Source of the DNA: a virus
Length of the DNA: 64,000 nt
IMG/VR virus record: IMGVR_UViG_3300045988_144346
Location: 7,829 to 71,828 of that record
Strand: one strand, 5' to 3'
Within the stretch, counting starts at the first letter, position 1, and every line of letters starts with the position of its first letter. Below the pieces are notes generated by a model. The model ran no database searches. It saw only the letters and a list, made by a program, of their open reading frames with translations, and was not told the origin of the DNA. Shown here piece by piece: positions 44,442 through 52,764 of this stretch. Both the position numbers and the translations under genes were made by a program.

Positions 44442-44923
44442 AAAAATCTCTCGATTGTCTTTCTGGCGCGCCCAAGTTCCTGCGAAACGTACTGCGGCGT
44501 GCATCCAAGTGCGTCGCCAATATCATAAACAGACAGCTCAGCGCTGCGCATAGTAACCATAAGCCTTTGTGTAGGCGTAAGCCGCTTCATCATGTCTTCG
44601 AGCGCTGGGTGCTCGTCCTCCTTCCCGACAGTTTCCTCGACAAGTAATCGGCTATTCGGCGAAACGAAATCATCTAACGGCAGTGCCGCGATCTGCGGCT
44701 TGCAGCAATCTCGGATATATCGGCGCACCGCCATGAAAATGCCCTTGACCGCAAATGTTGAGAATTTAGCTCCTTTTTCCGGATAGTATTCCGCACACGC
44801 CTGCCATAGCCCTATCCTGCACACTTGTAGAACATCTTCGTCAACTTTAAGACTCGGGAAATACTTTTTCAAGGTAAACCAAACAAGCGACTGATTTTCT
44901 TCATACAGTTTCTCTGGCGTCAT
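44435..44923 (-). CDS. sigma-70-family RNA polymerase sigma factor (regions 2 and 4 only, 162 aa)
   Basis: Region 2-like VCRIGLWQACAEYYPEKGAKFSTFAVKGIFMAVRRYIRD. Region 4 HTH LSVYDIGDALGCTPQYVSQELGRARKTI. ATGA overlap with the upstream gene. Confidence 0.8.
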   Translation of the reverse strand: MTPEKLYEENQSLVWFTLKKYFPSLKVDEDVLQVCRIGLWQACAEYYPEKGAKFSTFAVKGIFMAVRRYIRDCCKPQIAALPLDDFVSPNSRLLVEETVGKEDEHPALEDMMKRLTPTQRLMVTMRSAELSVYDIGDALGCTPQYVSQELGRARKTIERFLK

Positions 44924-45495
44924 GTTTGAAGAGCCTCCACAAAACAATAGCTCTGCGGCGGTCTCGTGAGATTACACTGCGTACATTCTGAACACTTCGG
45001 CGTTGCCATGCCGAGATTGTCAAAGTAACATTCTCTGCTGTGTTTCTTGAACTCAGATATTTCTTTCGGCTTGTCGTAGATTTTCAGATCAGAGATATGC
45101 CAGCCAAACCCCGGGTTGCCGCCCAAATACGCATTGATCTCCTCCTCTGTTAAGCACGCCTCTTCGAGGAGCCGCCCGATTGGAGATTTCCAATCTCCGT
45201 TATTTGCAATTCGATATTCCGGTTCTCCGCCACGTCTGGTGAAGCCGACACGCGCCAGATGGTCAATTCGGTCGCACACCAACTCGCCAATAACTTTCCC
45301 GCCGCCATAAAAGCCTTGCTTTTCCACCAGCGCAAAGAAATCCTCGTGTTCAAATCGCGGCTTCGAGCAATAGACATACACCTTAAACGGCGTTTCCAAC
45401 TTCGGGCGTGTCTTGCGCACTTCCATCGTCTTTTCCCCGGCGGCAATCAGCTCGCACCAGCGCGGCTGGATGCTTAACATTACAGCTTTACTCAT
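44920..45495 (-). CDS. ASCH-domain (PUA-like) protein
   Basis: MLSIQPRWCELIAAGEKTMEVRK is a typical ASCH N-terminus. C-terminal Cys cluster. Confidence 0.65.
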   Translation of the reverse strand: MSKAVMLSIQPRWCELIAAGEKTMEVRKTRPKLETPFKVYVYCSKPRFEHEDFFALVEKQGFYGGGKVIGELVCDRIDHLARVGFTRRGGEPEYRIANNGDWKSPIGRLLEEACLTEEEINAYLGGNPGFGWHISDLKIYDKPKEISEFKKHSRECYFDNLGMATPKCSECTQCNLTRPPQSYCFVEALQT

Positions 45496-45793
45496 AGGTT
45501 TTCATCTTCCCTTTCTCGCAAAATCCGTCTGCGGGCTTAGGATAATCGTAATAGTTGCAAAAGACTTCTTGTTCGCTGCCCTTGAGAGACAAGTCCGGGT
45601 CTCCAAGTCGGCAGTCCTTGCAATGCACAACCTTTTCATACCCCAGCTGTACCGCCATGCGCTTAAACTGGCTGCGGGTGGGGCGGTCTATGGTGGGCGC
45701 ATCCTCTATCAGTTTTCGGGCTTTCCCCGGCTCTCCTTCGTGCTGCCGGTCGTATTCAGCAAGCAGAGCGTCAGCGTCAATCAGTCTTGCCAT
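45488..45793 (-). CDS. hypothetical early protein
   Basis: Start MARLIDADALL with a G-rich RBS. The longer start at 45835 lacks an RBS. Confidence 0.45.
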   Translation of the reverse strand: MARLIDADALLAEYDRQHEGEPGKARKLIEDAPTIDRPTRSQFKRMAVQLGYEKVVHCKDCRLGDPDLSLKGSEQEVFCNYYDYPKPADGFCEKGKMKTYE

Positions 45794-45850
45794 TCGCTGC
45801 ACCCCCCATTCCACCGCCACATACAGCGGGGACATTTGCCGTAGCAGGGT

Positions 45851-46159
45851 TTATGCATCGCTGTCACCGCCCTTATACTTCGGCATATCCGCCCATGCTT
45901 TCACGCCGTCCCAGTCGCCGTGTTCTTCAAGCTCAAACAGTTTGTCGCCGTATTCGTCGCGGTCGCTCATGCACATATCCTGCGACACTCCAAAGATTGT
46001 GGCGATAAGAATATTCTTCCCGTCATCCGGCATTTCGCAGGAAAACGCATATTCGGGAATCTCGTAGTTAGCGTATCCACGTTCGATATATTCTGTTTCT
46101 TCTTCTGCTGTTAGACGGCGCGTCGTGATCTCGTGCCAGACGATTTTTTCTTCAAACAT
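45851..46159 (-). CDS. hypothetical early protein (102 aa)
   Basis: Acidic protein in the packed operon. Confidence 0.5.
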   Translation of the reverse strand: MFEEKIVWHEITTRRLTAEEETEYIERGYANYEIPEYAFSCEMPDDGKNILIATIFGVSQDMCMSDRDEYGDKLFELEEHGDWDGVKAWADMPKYKGGDSDA

Positions 46160-46367
46160 CAGCTTCTACCTCGCTTTCGAGCCATTTTCTTATGTCCTCC
46201 TCGGGAAACTCTACGAACATGCAAAGGTGGAAAAATGGGCAGACGGTGCAGTTGAGCTTATCCGGGAAAACGCATTCTTCCATCTGCGCAATATAGACTA
46301 ACAAGTCGGATATATCGCAGTTACAAAGGTCGCACACGATTTTCTCACGGTTCGTCATTGTGTTCAT
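46152..46367 (-). CDS. Cys-rich small protein (71 aa)
   Basis: CDLCNC...CTVCPFFHLC. Overlapping starts and stops with neighbours. Confidence 0.5.
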   Translation of the reverse strand: MNTMTNREKIVCDLCNCDISDLLVYIAQMEECVFPDKLNCTVCPFFHLCMFVEFPEEDIRKWLESEVEADV

Positions 46368-46476
46368 CCTTTCTCTGATAGCAATTCAGCAGCGTGTCTA
46401 TCGGGTCGCAGAAGCAACAGGGCTTTCCGTCCGCAGCGCTCGGCGGGTAGTGGATGCAAAATTCACAGTCGTTCAT
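46345..46476 (-). CDS. possible Cys-rich micro-ORF (43 aa)
   Basis: MNDCEFCIHYPP...CCFCDP. Fills the gap in the operon. Confidence 0.3.
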   Translation of the reverse strand: MNDCEFCIHYPPSAADGKPCCFCDPIDTLLNCYQRKDEHNDEP

Positions 46477-46688
46477 ACGAATGCCCCCTCTTGCCAATCG
46501 TTTGGTATAATGGCATGGTCTTTCATAGCGCACTCAAATTGAAGCTCTTTGAACGTGAACACGTTTTCTCTTATGAGCAAACCAACCGCAGCGATAAGAC
46601 GACCTTCGTCGGTTATCTCGTTCCTTGTGCCAAAATTTACATAGTCCCGAAGAAACCTGTAAATTCTCCTGTTTCTTTCTTCGTTCAT
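46473..46688 (-). CDS. hypothetical early protein (71 aa)
   Basis: Start MNEERNRRIY; packed operon. Confidence 0.45.
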   Translation of the reverse strand: MNEERNRRIYRFLRDYVNFGTRNEITDEGRLIAAVGLLIRENVFTFKELQFECAMKDHAIIPNDWQEGAFV

Positions 46689-46987
46689 TCCGCACCGCCC
46701 ATCTTTGCGCCGCAATGGGGACAATAGGCGGGTAGGTTTTCCTCTGAAACAACAACACCCGTGCCCTTATGCGGATTTTCGCCACACTCGGAGCAGCACC
46801 AAACATAAAAGTCGGTGTTGTACTGCCACCGCCCATGCCGTACAGGTGCAACGTCGGCGGCAGGCAGTTTCTCCAGCATCTGCGCCGCTTTTTCAAAATA
46901 CGGAGCAGCGTCCATCAAAACCGCCATGTTTGCTTTTGCACGAAAAATAGACACGCCCGTCCTGCGCTCAATATATTCAGCCATCAT
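46685..46987 (-). CDS. early protein with C-terminal zinc ribbon (100 aa)
   Basis: AAAGGAG RBS. MMAEYIER start; CCSECG...CPHCG. Confidence 0.5.
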   Translation of the reverse strand: MMAEYIERRTGVSIFRAKANMAVLMDAAPYFEKAAQMLEKLPAADVAPVRHGRWQYNTDFYVWCCSECGENPHKGTGVVVSEENLPAYCPHCGAKMGGAE

Positions 46988-47309
46988 TTTCTCCTTTCGG
47001 TGGTTCGGGAAGCGGCATCCACGCAAACACACGCGCTTTCTGCCCCAGTGAATCCCCCGCACCTGTCCAATGGCCATTATACTGGTAGGCGATCTCGTAG
47101 GTCGTATACATCCGGTTATAAGAGCCATAGCGGTAGTATTCGTACCAGATGAGGACGTGCTCGCCATTTTCCGGAAGTCTGTCCTTGACGCTGATCCATT
47201 GCGGGACAGAGACGGCGGGAAGCGCCATGATGGTCTGTACGTTTTTTGCGCTGCACCCGTCCTGCATCAATCGCATAACCGCCGCTTCGCGTTCTAAGTA
47301 TTCAGCCAT
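46977..47309 (-). CDS. DUF551-like protein
   Basis: MAEYLER start. WISVKDRLPENGEHVLIW is the DUF551 hallmark. Confidence 0.55.
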   Translation of the reverse strand: MAEYLEREAAVMRLMQDGCSAKNVQTIMALPAVSVPQWISVKDRLPENGEHVLIWYEYYRYGSYNRMYTTYEIAYQYNGHWTGAGDSLGQKARVFAWMPLPEPPKGENDG

Positions 47310-47487
47310 TGTCAGTCCTCCTGTTCCATGTAGCAACCACCGTTTCTACGGCGTTGCTTTCTTGCCACATGACATCCGTCATATTCATTGTGCCTACATA
47401 GCATTTAGAGCAAATTTCTCTCACGCCGTCATTTACAAGCAGCCGTGCTTTTCCGCCGCAGAACGGGCAAGGTTTAAGCTCCTCCAT
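47302..47487 (-). CDS. Lar-family restriction-alleviation protein (61 aa)
   Basis: MEELKPCPFCGGKARLL...CSKC. Confidence 0.6.
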   Translation of the reverse strand: MEELKPCPFCGGKARLLVNDGVREICSKCYVGTMNMTDVMWQESNAVETVVATWNRRTDNG

Positions 47488-47489
47488 TG

Positions 47490-47795
47490 TCAGCCCTCCC
47501 AATCAATCGCCTGTCCGCAATCGGGGCAGAAGCGGGTTTTTCTCCCAGCGCAGAGCTCCCCATTAATTTCGGACACAAATCTCGTTCCACAAGCCACGCA
47601 GCAAAAGTGCTTAGAGTCTTTTTGGTTTAACACAACCGGTGGCTCCGGTATCTGCTTGTCCAGCGCCTTACACGCCATAAGGCAAGCCTCGTCTACCGCC
47701 TCCTGCAATTTCTCCTTGCCTTTGAACCCGATCTCGGCAAGGGCTTCCCGCGTAGTGTCCGGGTGAAGGATTCGTTTTGCTTCTTCGTAGGTCAT
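47490..47795 (-). CDS. early protein with C-terminal zinc ribbon (101 aa)
   Basis: MTYEEAKRILHPD start. CCVACG...CPDCG. Confidence 0.5.
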   Translation of the reverse strand: MTYEEAKRILHPDTTREALAEIGFKGKEKLQEAVDEACLMACKALDKQIPEPPVVLNQKDSKHFCCVACGTRFVSEINGELCAGRKTRFCPDCGQAIDWEG

Positions 47796-47947
47796 GCCGC
47801 GTCCTCCCATACTGGGCGGCTTTTCTTCCACTTGCGCCAGCGGATAAAGCGCCACCGGGGCGGCTCGCTGTCCAGCCACTTGTTGAAATGCGCGATGTAC
47901 TCAAGGCGCAGATTGTACCGGCGCTTCTTTTCCTGTTTTTCGTTCAT
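47792..47947 (-). CDS. possible basic Trp-rich micro-ORF (51 aa)
   Basis: GGAGG RBS. MNEKQEKKRRYNLRLEYIAHFNKWL... ATGA overlaps at both ends. Below the track cutoff. Confidence 0.35.
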   Translation of the reverse strand: MNEKQEKKRRYNLRLEYIAHFNKWLDSEPPRWRFIRWRKWKKSRPVWEDAA

Positions 47948-48102
47948 TTTTCATCCTCCGTCAAAATTTCTCGGTCAAGAACCGCGTCGATTGTTTCCAC
48001 TGCGTCGAGGAGCGCACCCTCTACGTCGGCTCCTGTTCCAAGCGAAATTCCCTGAATCTTGCCGAGCATGCGCTGGATCGTGGAAAAATCCTTTCTTGTC
48101 AT
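47944..48102 (-). CDS. possible micro-ORF (52 aa)
   Basis: MTRKDFSTIQRMLGKIQG... Coupled to its neighbours. Confidence 0.35.
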   Translation of the reverse strand: MTRKDFSTIQRMLGKIQGISLGTGADVEGALLDAVETIDAVLDREILTEDEK

Positions 48103-48650
48103 GGTTCGGCCTCCAAAACGAGTGTGTTGATATTGTCGGGAAGCTCTGCCCACAGTAGAACGTCCTCCACAAGGTACTCGAAGTCTTCTCCATCCCCATA
48201 GAAGCCGGGCGTCGCCTCTTCTTCCCAAGAGTTCACAAACGAACTCGCGTGGTAATACAACTGCTCGTAATAAACGTAGCCGCTTTTAAGCATAGATTCC
48301 TGCGCGCAGAGGCAGCGGCAGTCTTTGCCCGGAAGCCGATCTTTCACGCTCGTGAAGCGCAGTCCGGTACTGGCCCTTGCGAGCAATTCGTTAAAAGTCA
48401 TCCCGGAGGCAATAAGCTCGTCCTCGAACTTTTTGTATTCCAGCACGTCGGTCGGGGACATTGTAGTATCCTCGTACTCTTTCAGCCGTTCCCACACCTT
48501 GCGCTGGCTGCATGCGCCGTCCGGGCAGTATTTGCCCCAGCGCTCTTCGCGGCATTTGGCAATGTCGCAGAAGTTGCCATCGAAAGTAAGCCGACCGTAA
48601 GGAAGCTTTGTTTTATCCATTGGCTGGTTCGATTCCTCCTCGTTTTTCAT
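48099..48650 (-). CDS. DUF551-like protein (183 aa)
   Basis: FTSVKDRLPGKDCRCLC DUF551-type motif in the C-terminal half. Confidence 0.5.
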   Translation of the reverse strand: MKNEEESNQPMDKTKLPYGRLTFDGNFCDIAKCREERWGKYCPDGACSQRKVWERLKEYEDTTMSPTDVLEYKKFEDELIASGMTFNELLARASTGLRFTSVKDRLPGKDCRCLCAQESMLKSGYVYYEQLYYHASSFVNSWEEEATPGFYGDGEDFEYLVEDVLLWAELPDNINTLVLEAEP

Positions 48651-49083
48651 TTTTGCGGTAAATCACAACCATGCTCGGAAACGGCGCGCTGTTTGTTGCG
48701 TTTCCGAATTTCAACCGCCCACGCACAAAGCGGATTTCGGCTTTGCCGTAGATGAACTCGTGAAACCATCGTGTGTCCGTCCGAGCCGGAAGAAGCATAA
48801 CAATCGTGTTGCCGTTCTTTTCGTGCTCCTCCCACGCTTTCTGTACCCACTTTCCGATCTCGCGCCCGTAAGGGGGATTGCAGAACACCGTGTGGTCTCC
48901 CCACCGGCGGGTGAGTCCGTTCTGCTCTTTCGTGAAGAACGTCTCGCATTTGTGGTTCGCTTCATTCGCCGCCGGATCAAGAGTAAAGTGAAATTCGCCG
49001 TTCAGCTCATCAAAGAACGCCTGCGGCGTCGCCCATTCGTCAGTGGCGGAAGAAAACATCCCGCCAAACTGTTTATCTGTCAT
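48613..49083 (-). CDS. phage N6-adenine DNA methyltransferase (Dam/phage_N6A_met type)
   Basis: DEWATPQAFFDELNGEFHFTLDPAA, FCNPPYGREIGKW (NPPY), LLPARTDTRWFH. Confidence 0.8.
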   Translation of the reverse strand: MTDKQFGGMFSSATDEWATPQAFFDELNGEFHFTLDPAANEANHKCETFFTKEQNGLTRRWGDHTVFCNPPYGREIGKWVQKAWEEHEKNGNTIVMLLPARTDTRWFHEFIYGKAEIRFVRGRLKFGNATNSAPFPSMVVIYRKNEKRGGIEPANG

Positions 49084-49210
49084 CGGCATTACCTCCAAAA
49101 TGATGCTTTGTTACGGCGATGGCAAACGGCTCAATCTCCGCATCACCGATCCTTGTGATATCTCCTAAGTGTTTAATGAAAATCGCCTCTCTTTCAGAAT
49201 GCCATCAGCA

Positions 49211-49480
49211 TTACCGCGCCTTATCATCAGGTATGCTTCGATCCCAACGCAGACCCCCTTCGGGCTCTTCCCGGAGGTTGCTCCGCTCTACGCCAGTAAT
49301 CTTTCCAAAAATAACGCCTGAAGCGTCCCTCAACAGAATTAAGCATCTGTCACCGCTCCGCTGAACCTCGATGCCGCAAGGGGCGAACAGCCCACCAGCG
49401 TCGTGCTCACCGCTGATATCGCACGCACCAGTGTAGTTCTCTACCTCAACCTGGGCGGCTAAAATAAACATAGCCGTCAT
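49211..49480 (-). CDS. hypothetical protein, first gene after motif copy h
   Basis: GGAGG RBS. The start is ambiguous (GTG 49483, ATG 49480 or 49471). Confidence 0.45.
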   Translation of the reverse strand: MTAMFILAAQVEVENYTGACDISGEHDAGGLFAPCGIEVQRSGDRCLILLRDASGVIFGKITGVERSNLREEPEGGLRWDRSIPDDKAR

Positions 49481-49492
49481 CACCTCCTGCCC

Positions 49493-49523
49493 TATATGGC
49501 AATCACAGCCTTAAATTGCAACC
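49493..49523 (-). promoter_or_regulatory. conserved promoter-like motif, copy h
   Basis: Minus strand GGTTGCAATTTAAGGCTGTGATTGCCATATA followed by GGGCAGGAGGTG. Confidence 0.5.
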
Positions 49524-49983
49524 AGTCTACTTGAAATATTAAAGTATCCCAGCAACGGCTTTACCCGTAATTATGTATGAAAAAAGTCCCGGAAACGCTC
49601 AATGAGAACGTTAGCCAGGACTCCTTTTTATTGATGTGGGCTGAATAGTTGGGGTGGGGGTGGTGCCGCGCGGGGTTACGCAACCGGTTCTTAGCGTTCA
49701 ATTTTGAAAGTAGGGGGGCGTTTGACATGTCTTAATTGATATTAAGAGCAGTTAAAAGGCCGCTCCAGCGGCCTTGCTTTTGCCCGTCCAGGCGGGCGAC
49801 GGATGATTGTTTTTCATGCACACATGAACGGTTTTTCATTTTTCACACCCTTTTTTTGCTCGGGCTGTCGCCTTTATTCTGTTGCTATGCGCCGGGCGTT
49901 GCGGTTGTATGATTGGCTCGGCGGGCGCTTGTGCGCGTGTTCATATGGGGCGCAGCGGCTGCCGCAAGCGCCAACAGGGGGGA

Positions 49984-50116
49984 CATATATAGATAGATAT
50001 ATATAGACACATATAATAGATACATATATAGATATATAATTATATACATAGTTATATGATATATAGCTATATAAATAACTAATAAAAAGAAGAAACAAGC
50101 AAAGAAGAAAAAGACG
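49984..50116. repeat. AT-only low-complexity tract plus polypurine run
   Basis: About 100 nt of ATATAGAT/ACATATA-type words (49984-50085), then AAAAAGAAGAAACAAGCAAAGAAGAAAAAGA. GC-rich DNA lies on both sides. Confidence 0.8.
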
Positions 50117-50329
50117 CAGATCCGGGCGGGACATACCGCGCCGCCGTCCCTGTCCCCCTGGACGCTGGACGCTGGAGGCGGCGGCATATGCGGATATAGA
50201 TCCGGCATAGCTGCGGCCCATAAGCGCAGCAGCGCGCCCCAATAATATAAAAGCAACCCGCGGCATGTGCCCCGGGCTGCTGTTCCCCCTGTATGCGCTT
50301 GTATGGCCTCTCAGCGCCGTTTTGCCGTC

Positions 50330-51145
50330 TCATCGGTGTAGGGGCATTGCCGCGCCGGTTGCGTCCCTGTACGCCGTTATACGCGCCCGTATGGCGCTAA
50401 GACGTTTGCGGACAGCTTGCCCACTCATGCCTATAACCGCGCCTATATCGTCCGTTGTGTACCCGGCGGCCGCGCCGCGGATAATTGCGGCGTCTATATC
50501 ATCCCCGGCGGCGGCGTGGATAGCGTCGCGGATCTCTCCGGCGTCCTCGATCGGCCGCGCCGTCGCTCCTCTCATGCGGGCATTGTGCGCCTTTTCGGCC
50601 GGCCCTATGTCGGCGGCGTCCGCAAGATCCGGCGCGCTGCCGCCTATGCTATGCGTGTTTTCGCGGGCCTCATGCCGCAGCGCGTCCAGGGCGGCAAATA
50701 ACAGTTGATCGCGCAGCGGGCGCGGATCTCCTGACTGGAGACGGGTCTCGAGCCGGATCCAGGCGTCGCCTACCAATTCAACCGGCTTGCAGCCGCCGGC
50801 GGCGCGGACGTTCGCCGGCTTGAGCGCGCAGGCGGCGCTGCAGGCGGCCTTGAGGGCGTCGAATTTGGCCGCGTCGTCCAATTCGATCCAGCGCCCGCAG
50901 GGCTCAAGGACATAAGCGGCGGTAAACTCCTCCGGCGTCTTGTGGTAGATCGTATCCAGCAGCCCCAAAAGCTCTTCAGGCGTATTTGCGACGGCGCTGG
51001 AGCCATAATGGCTATAGTTGATATAACGGCCGTCGTCGCTGACGGACAGCGCGGCATAATAGATGTTACCGGCGCAGCCGCGGACGTTTTGGCCATACGT
51101 CGCGCCGCGGTTGATGTTCTTGTAAATGGTCTCGAGTGTCGTCAT
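50330..51145 (-). CDS. hypothetical protein with C-terminal sigma70-region-4/LuxR-like HTH (271 aa)
   Basis: GYTTDDIGAVIGMSGQAVRKRLSAIRARI. Very GC-rich gene. Confidence 0.5.
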   Translation of the reverse strand: MTTLETIYKNINRGATYGQNVRGCAGNIYYAALSVSDDGRYINYSHYGSSAVANTPEELLGLLDTIYHKTPEEFTAAYVLEPCGRWIELDDAAKFDALKAACSAACALKPANVRAAGGCKPVELVGDAWIRLETRLQSGDPRPLRDQLLFAALDALRHEARENTHSIGGSAPDLADAADIGPAEKAHNARMRGATARPIEDAGEIRDAIHAAAGDDIDAAIIRGAAAGYTTDDIGAVIGMSGQAVRKRLSAIRARITAYRDATGAAMPLHR

Positions 51146-51177
51146 GATATTTTATCCTTTCCGGCGCGTTGCGCCTG

Positions 51178-51291
51178 TCAAATGTTGCGGATCCGCTGCG
51201 CGTCACGACGGCGGGCCCGGTTGTACTCGATCTCTCCGGCGATTTTATCCAGGGCGACGGCGGCGACAGCCGCCAAAATTAAAACGATCAT
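51178..51291 (-). CDS. possible 37-aa single-TM peptide
   Basis: MIVLILAAVAAVALDKIAG.. ATGA overlap with the upstream gene. Confidence 0.35.
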   Translation of the reverse strand: MIVLILAAVAAVALDKIAGEIEYNRARRRDAQRIRNI

Positions 51292-51473
51292 ACGCGCGCC
51301 CCCTGCAGAATGTCCGCGTTGATTTTTTCCGCTTGTGCGGGCGTTGCCTGTACGGTGATGTAACACCCGTCGCCGCAGCCGGCAACGTCCAGCAACACCG
51401 CGCCGGCGGCGCGGATGATCCGCAAATAACGCGCCTTTTCGGCGCTGTCGATCAAACAAGAAAAGTTTTTCAT
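51288..51473 (-). CDS. hypothetical protein (61 aa)
   Basis: Packed operon position. Confidence 0.45.
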   Translation of the reverse strand: MKNFSCLIDSAEKARYLRIIRAAGAVLLDVAGCGDGCYITVQATPAQAEKINADILQGARV

Positions 51474-51487
51474 GTTTCCGCCCCCCC

Positions 51488-51841
51488 TTAAATAAAATAA
51501 AGTGATCCGTCAATCTCAAGACTAACGGCCTCCTGCTGCAGATCGGCGCGCATGTCGGCGCAAACATTTATTACGGTGTCCAGCTTGCGCTCGAGATCCT
51601 CTCCGGCGGCATAGGCATAAACAACGGTTGTTTTTTCCTCCACAAGGCCGGCGGCGTCGCTCATCCAATAACCGAGCGCCGGGGTTGCCGTCGCGCCGCC
51701 GAAAAGATTTGACAGCGTCGCGGCCGCCATTTTGACATATCGGGCATTATCGGCGGCGGTGTTGACGCCGTCCGTGCCGGGAACGTAGATTGCTACGCGA
51801 TGACGCAGCGGCTGCAGTTTTTCAAGTCTCTTGTTAGTCAT
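51488..51841 (-). CDS. hypothetical protein (117 aa), first gene of leftward operon
   Basis: GGGAGGA RBS. Start MTNKRLEKL. Confidence 0.5.
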   Translation of the reverse strand: MTNKRLEKLQPLRHRVAIYVPGTDGVNTAADNARYVKMAAATLSNLFGGATATPALGYWMSDAAGLVEEKTTVVYAYAAGEDLERKLDTVINVCADMRADLQQEAVSLEIDGSLYFI

Positions 51842-51888
51842 TTTTTCGTCCTCCCTATTGTCGGGGCTCTTGTCCCCTTGCAAGTATG

Positions 51889-51917
51889 ATTATATGCCGT
51901 TTAACGGCATAAGGCAA
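51889..51917 (-). promoter_or_regulatory. leftward promoter with perfect palindrome in its spacer
   Basis: Minus strand TTGCCT, 17 nt, TATAAT (context GGCATATAAT). The spacer holds the 8-1-8 palindrome ATGCCGTT-T-AACGGCAT (51894-51910). Confidence 0.5.
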
Positions 51918-52007
51918 GAGACAATTTTGCCCAAAGTTCAAAGGCTTATTTTAGATATTTTGTATATTGTTTAACAGTATAATAAATGTTATCATAACCT
52001 CGAGGGG

Positions 52008-52256
52008 GTGTTTTTATTGCCATTACCCAAAACGGGCAAGCGAACAGACGCGCAGCGCCGCGCCCGAAATAAATGGGATGCGGCGAATATGACAACATTA
52101 GGTTGCCGGATGCGCCGAGACGACGCCGAAAAATTCAAAGGCGCGTGTTATTCGGCAGGAACGACGCCGAACGCCGTTTTTACCGCGGCGGCGGCGGATT
52201 TTATGGAAAAAAACGCAAACAATAACAAAACGTCTGGAGGTGCTGAAAATGAGTAA
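52008..52256 (+). CDS. putative ribbon-helix-helix DNA-binding protein
   Basis: KTGKRTDAQRRARNKWDAANMTTLGCRMRRDDAEKFKGAC...TPNAVF resembles plasmid/phage RHH proteins. GTG 52008 or TTG 52017 start after GAGGGGG. Confidence 0.45.
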   Translation: MFLLPLPKTGKRTDAQRRARNKWDAANMTTLGCRMRRDDAEKFKGACYSAGTTPNAVFTAAAADFMEKNANNNKTSGGAENE

Positions 52257-52461
52257 CCGCGACATTGCGAAAACCTTAATTGACCAGATCCCGGAAACGC
52301 GGCTTTTTAACGTGATCCTCTTTTTACAGGGGGCCGCGCTTCCGGACGCGGAAACGCCGAACGCGGAAACAGCCGCCGCAATTGCCGAGCTTGCGAACGG
52401 CGGCGGGACACGCTTTAGCGGCGACACGTCGGCGCTTTTTGCGTCGATTCTGGAGGGCTGA
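52249..52461 (+). CDS. RelB/DinJ-type antitoxin (70 aa)
   Basis: GGAGG RBS. ETPNAETAAAIAELANGGGTRFSGDTSALFASIL is typical of antitoxins paired with YafQ/RelE toxins. Lies 4 nt upstream of the toxin. Confidence 0.6.
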   Translation: MSNRDIAKTLIDQIPETRLFNVILFLQGAALPDAETPNAETAAAIAELANGGGTRFSGDTSALFASILEG

Positions 52462-52465
52462 CAGA

Positions 52466-52735
52466 GTGCTGGAGATTGTCTATTCCTCCCGCTTTAAGCG
52501 CGACTTGCGGCAATGCGCCAAACGTCAATTAGATTTAACCAGACTGCAAACCGTCATTGACACACTGCGCACGCCCGCGGCGCTCCCGGCACAAAACCGG
52601 GATCACGATTTAACGGGGAATTATTCCGGTTTTCGGGAATGCCATGTTTCCCCGGATTGGTTGTTGATCTACCGCGTGGACGGTAACGCGCTGTTATTGG
52701 CCCGCACCGGATCGCATTCCGACTTGTTCAGCTGA
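52466..52735 (+). CDS. YafQ/RelE-family mRNA interferase toxin (89 aa, GTG start)
   Basis: YSSRFKRDLRQCAKRQLD, HDLTGNYSGFRECHVSPDWLLIYRVDGNALLLARTGSHSDLF (YafQ signature). Confidence 0.8.
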   Translation: MLEIVYSSRFKRDLRQCAKRQLDLTRLQTVIDTLRTPAALPAQNRDHDLTGNYSGFRECHVSPDWLLIYRVDGNALLLARTGSHSDLFS

Positions 52736-52764
52736 TTCGTTTAATAAGTAAAACAATGTGCAGC

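Noticed and set aside
49874-50266. Two overlapping minus-strand ORFs (130 and 123 aa) across the AT-rich tract.
   Set aside because: The translation is Tyr/Ile/Leu homopolymer-like, coming from the ATATA repeats. There is no RBS, and the two frames are mutually exclusive.
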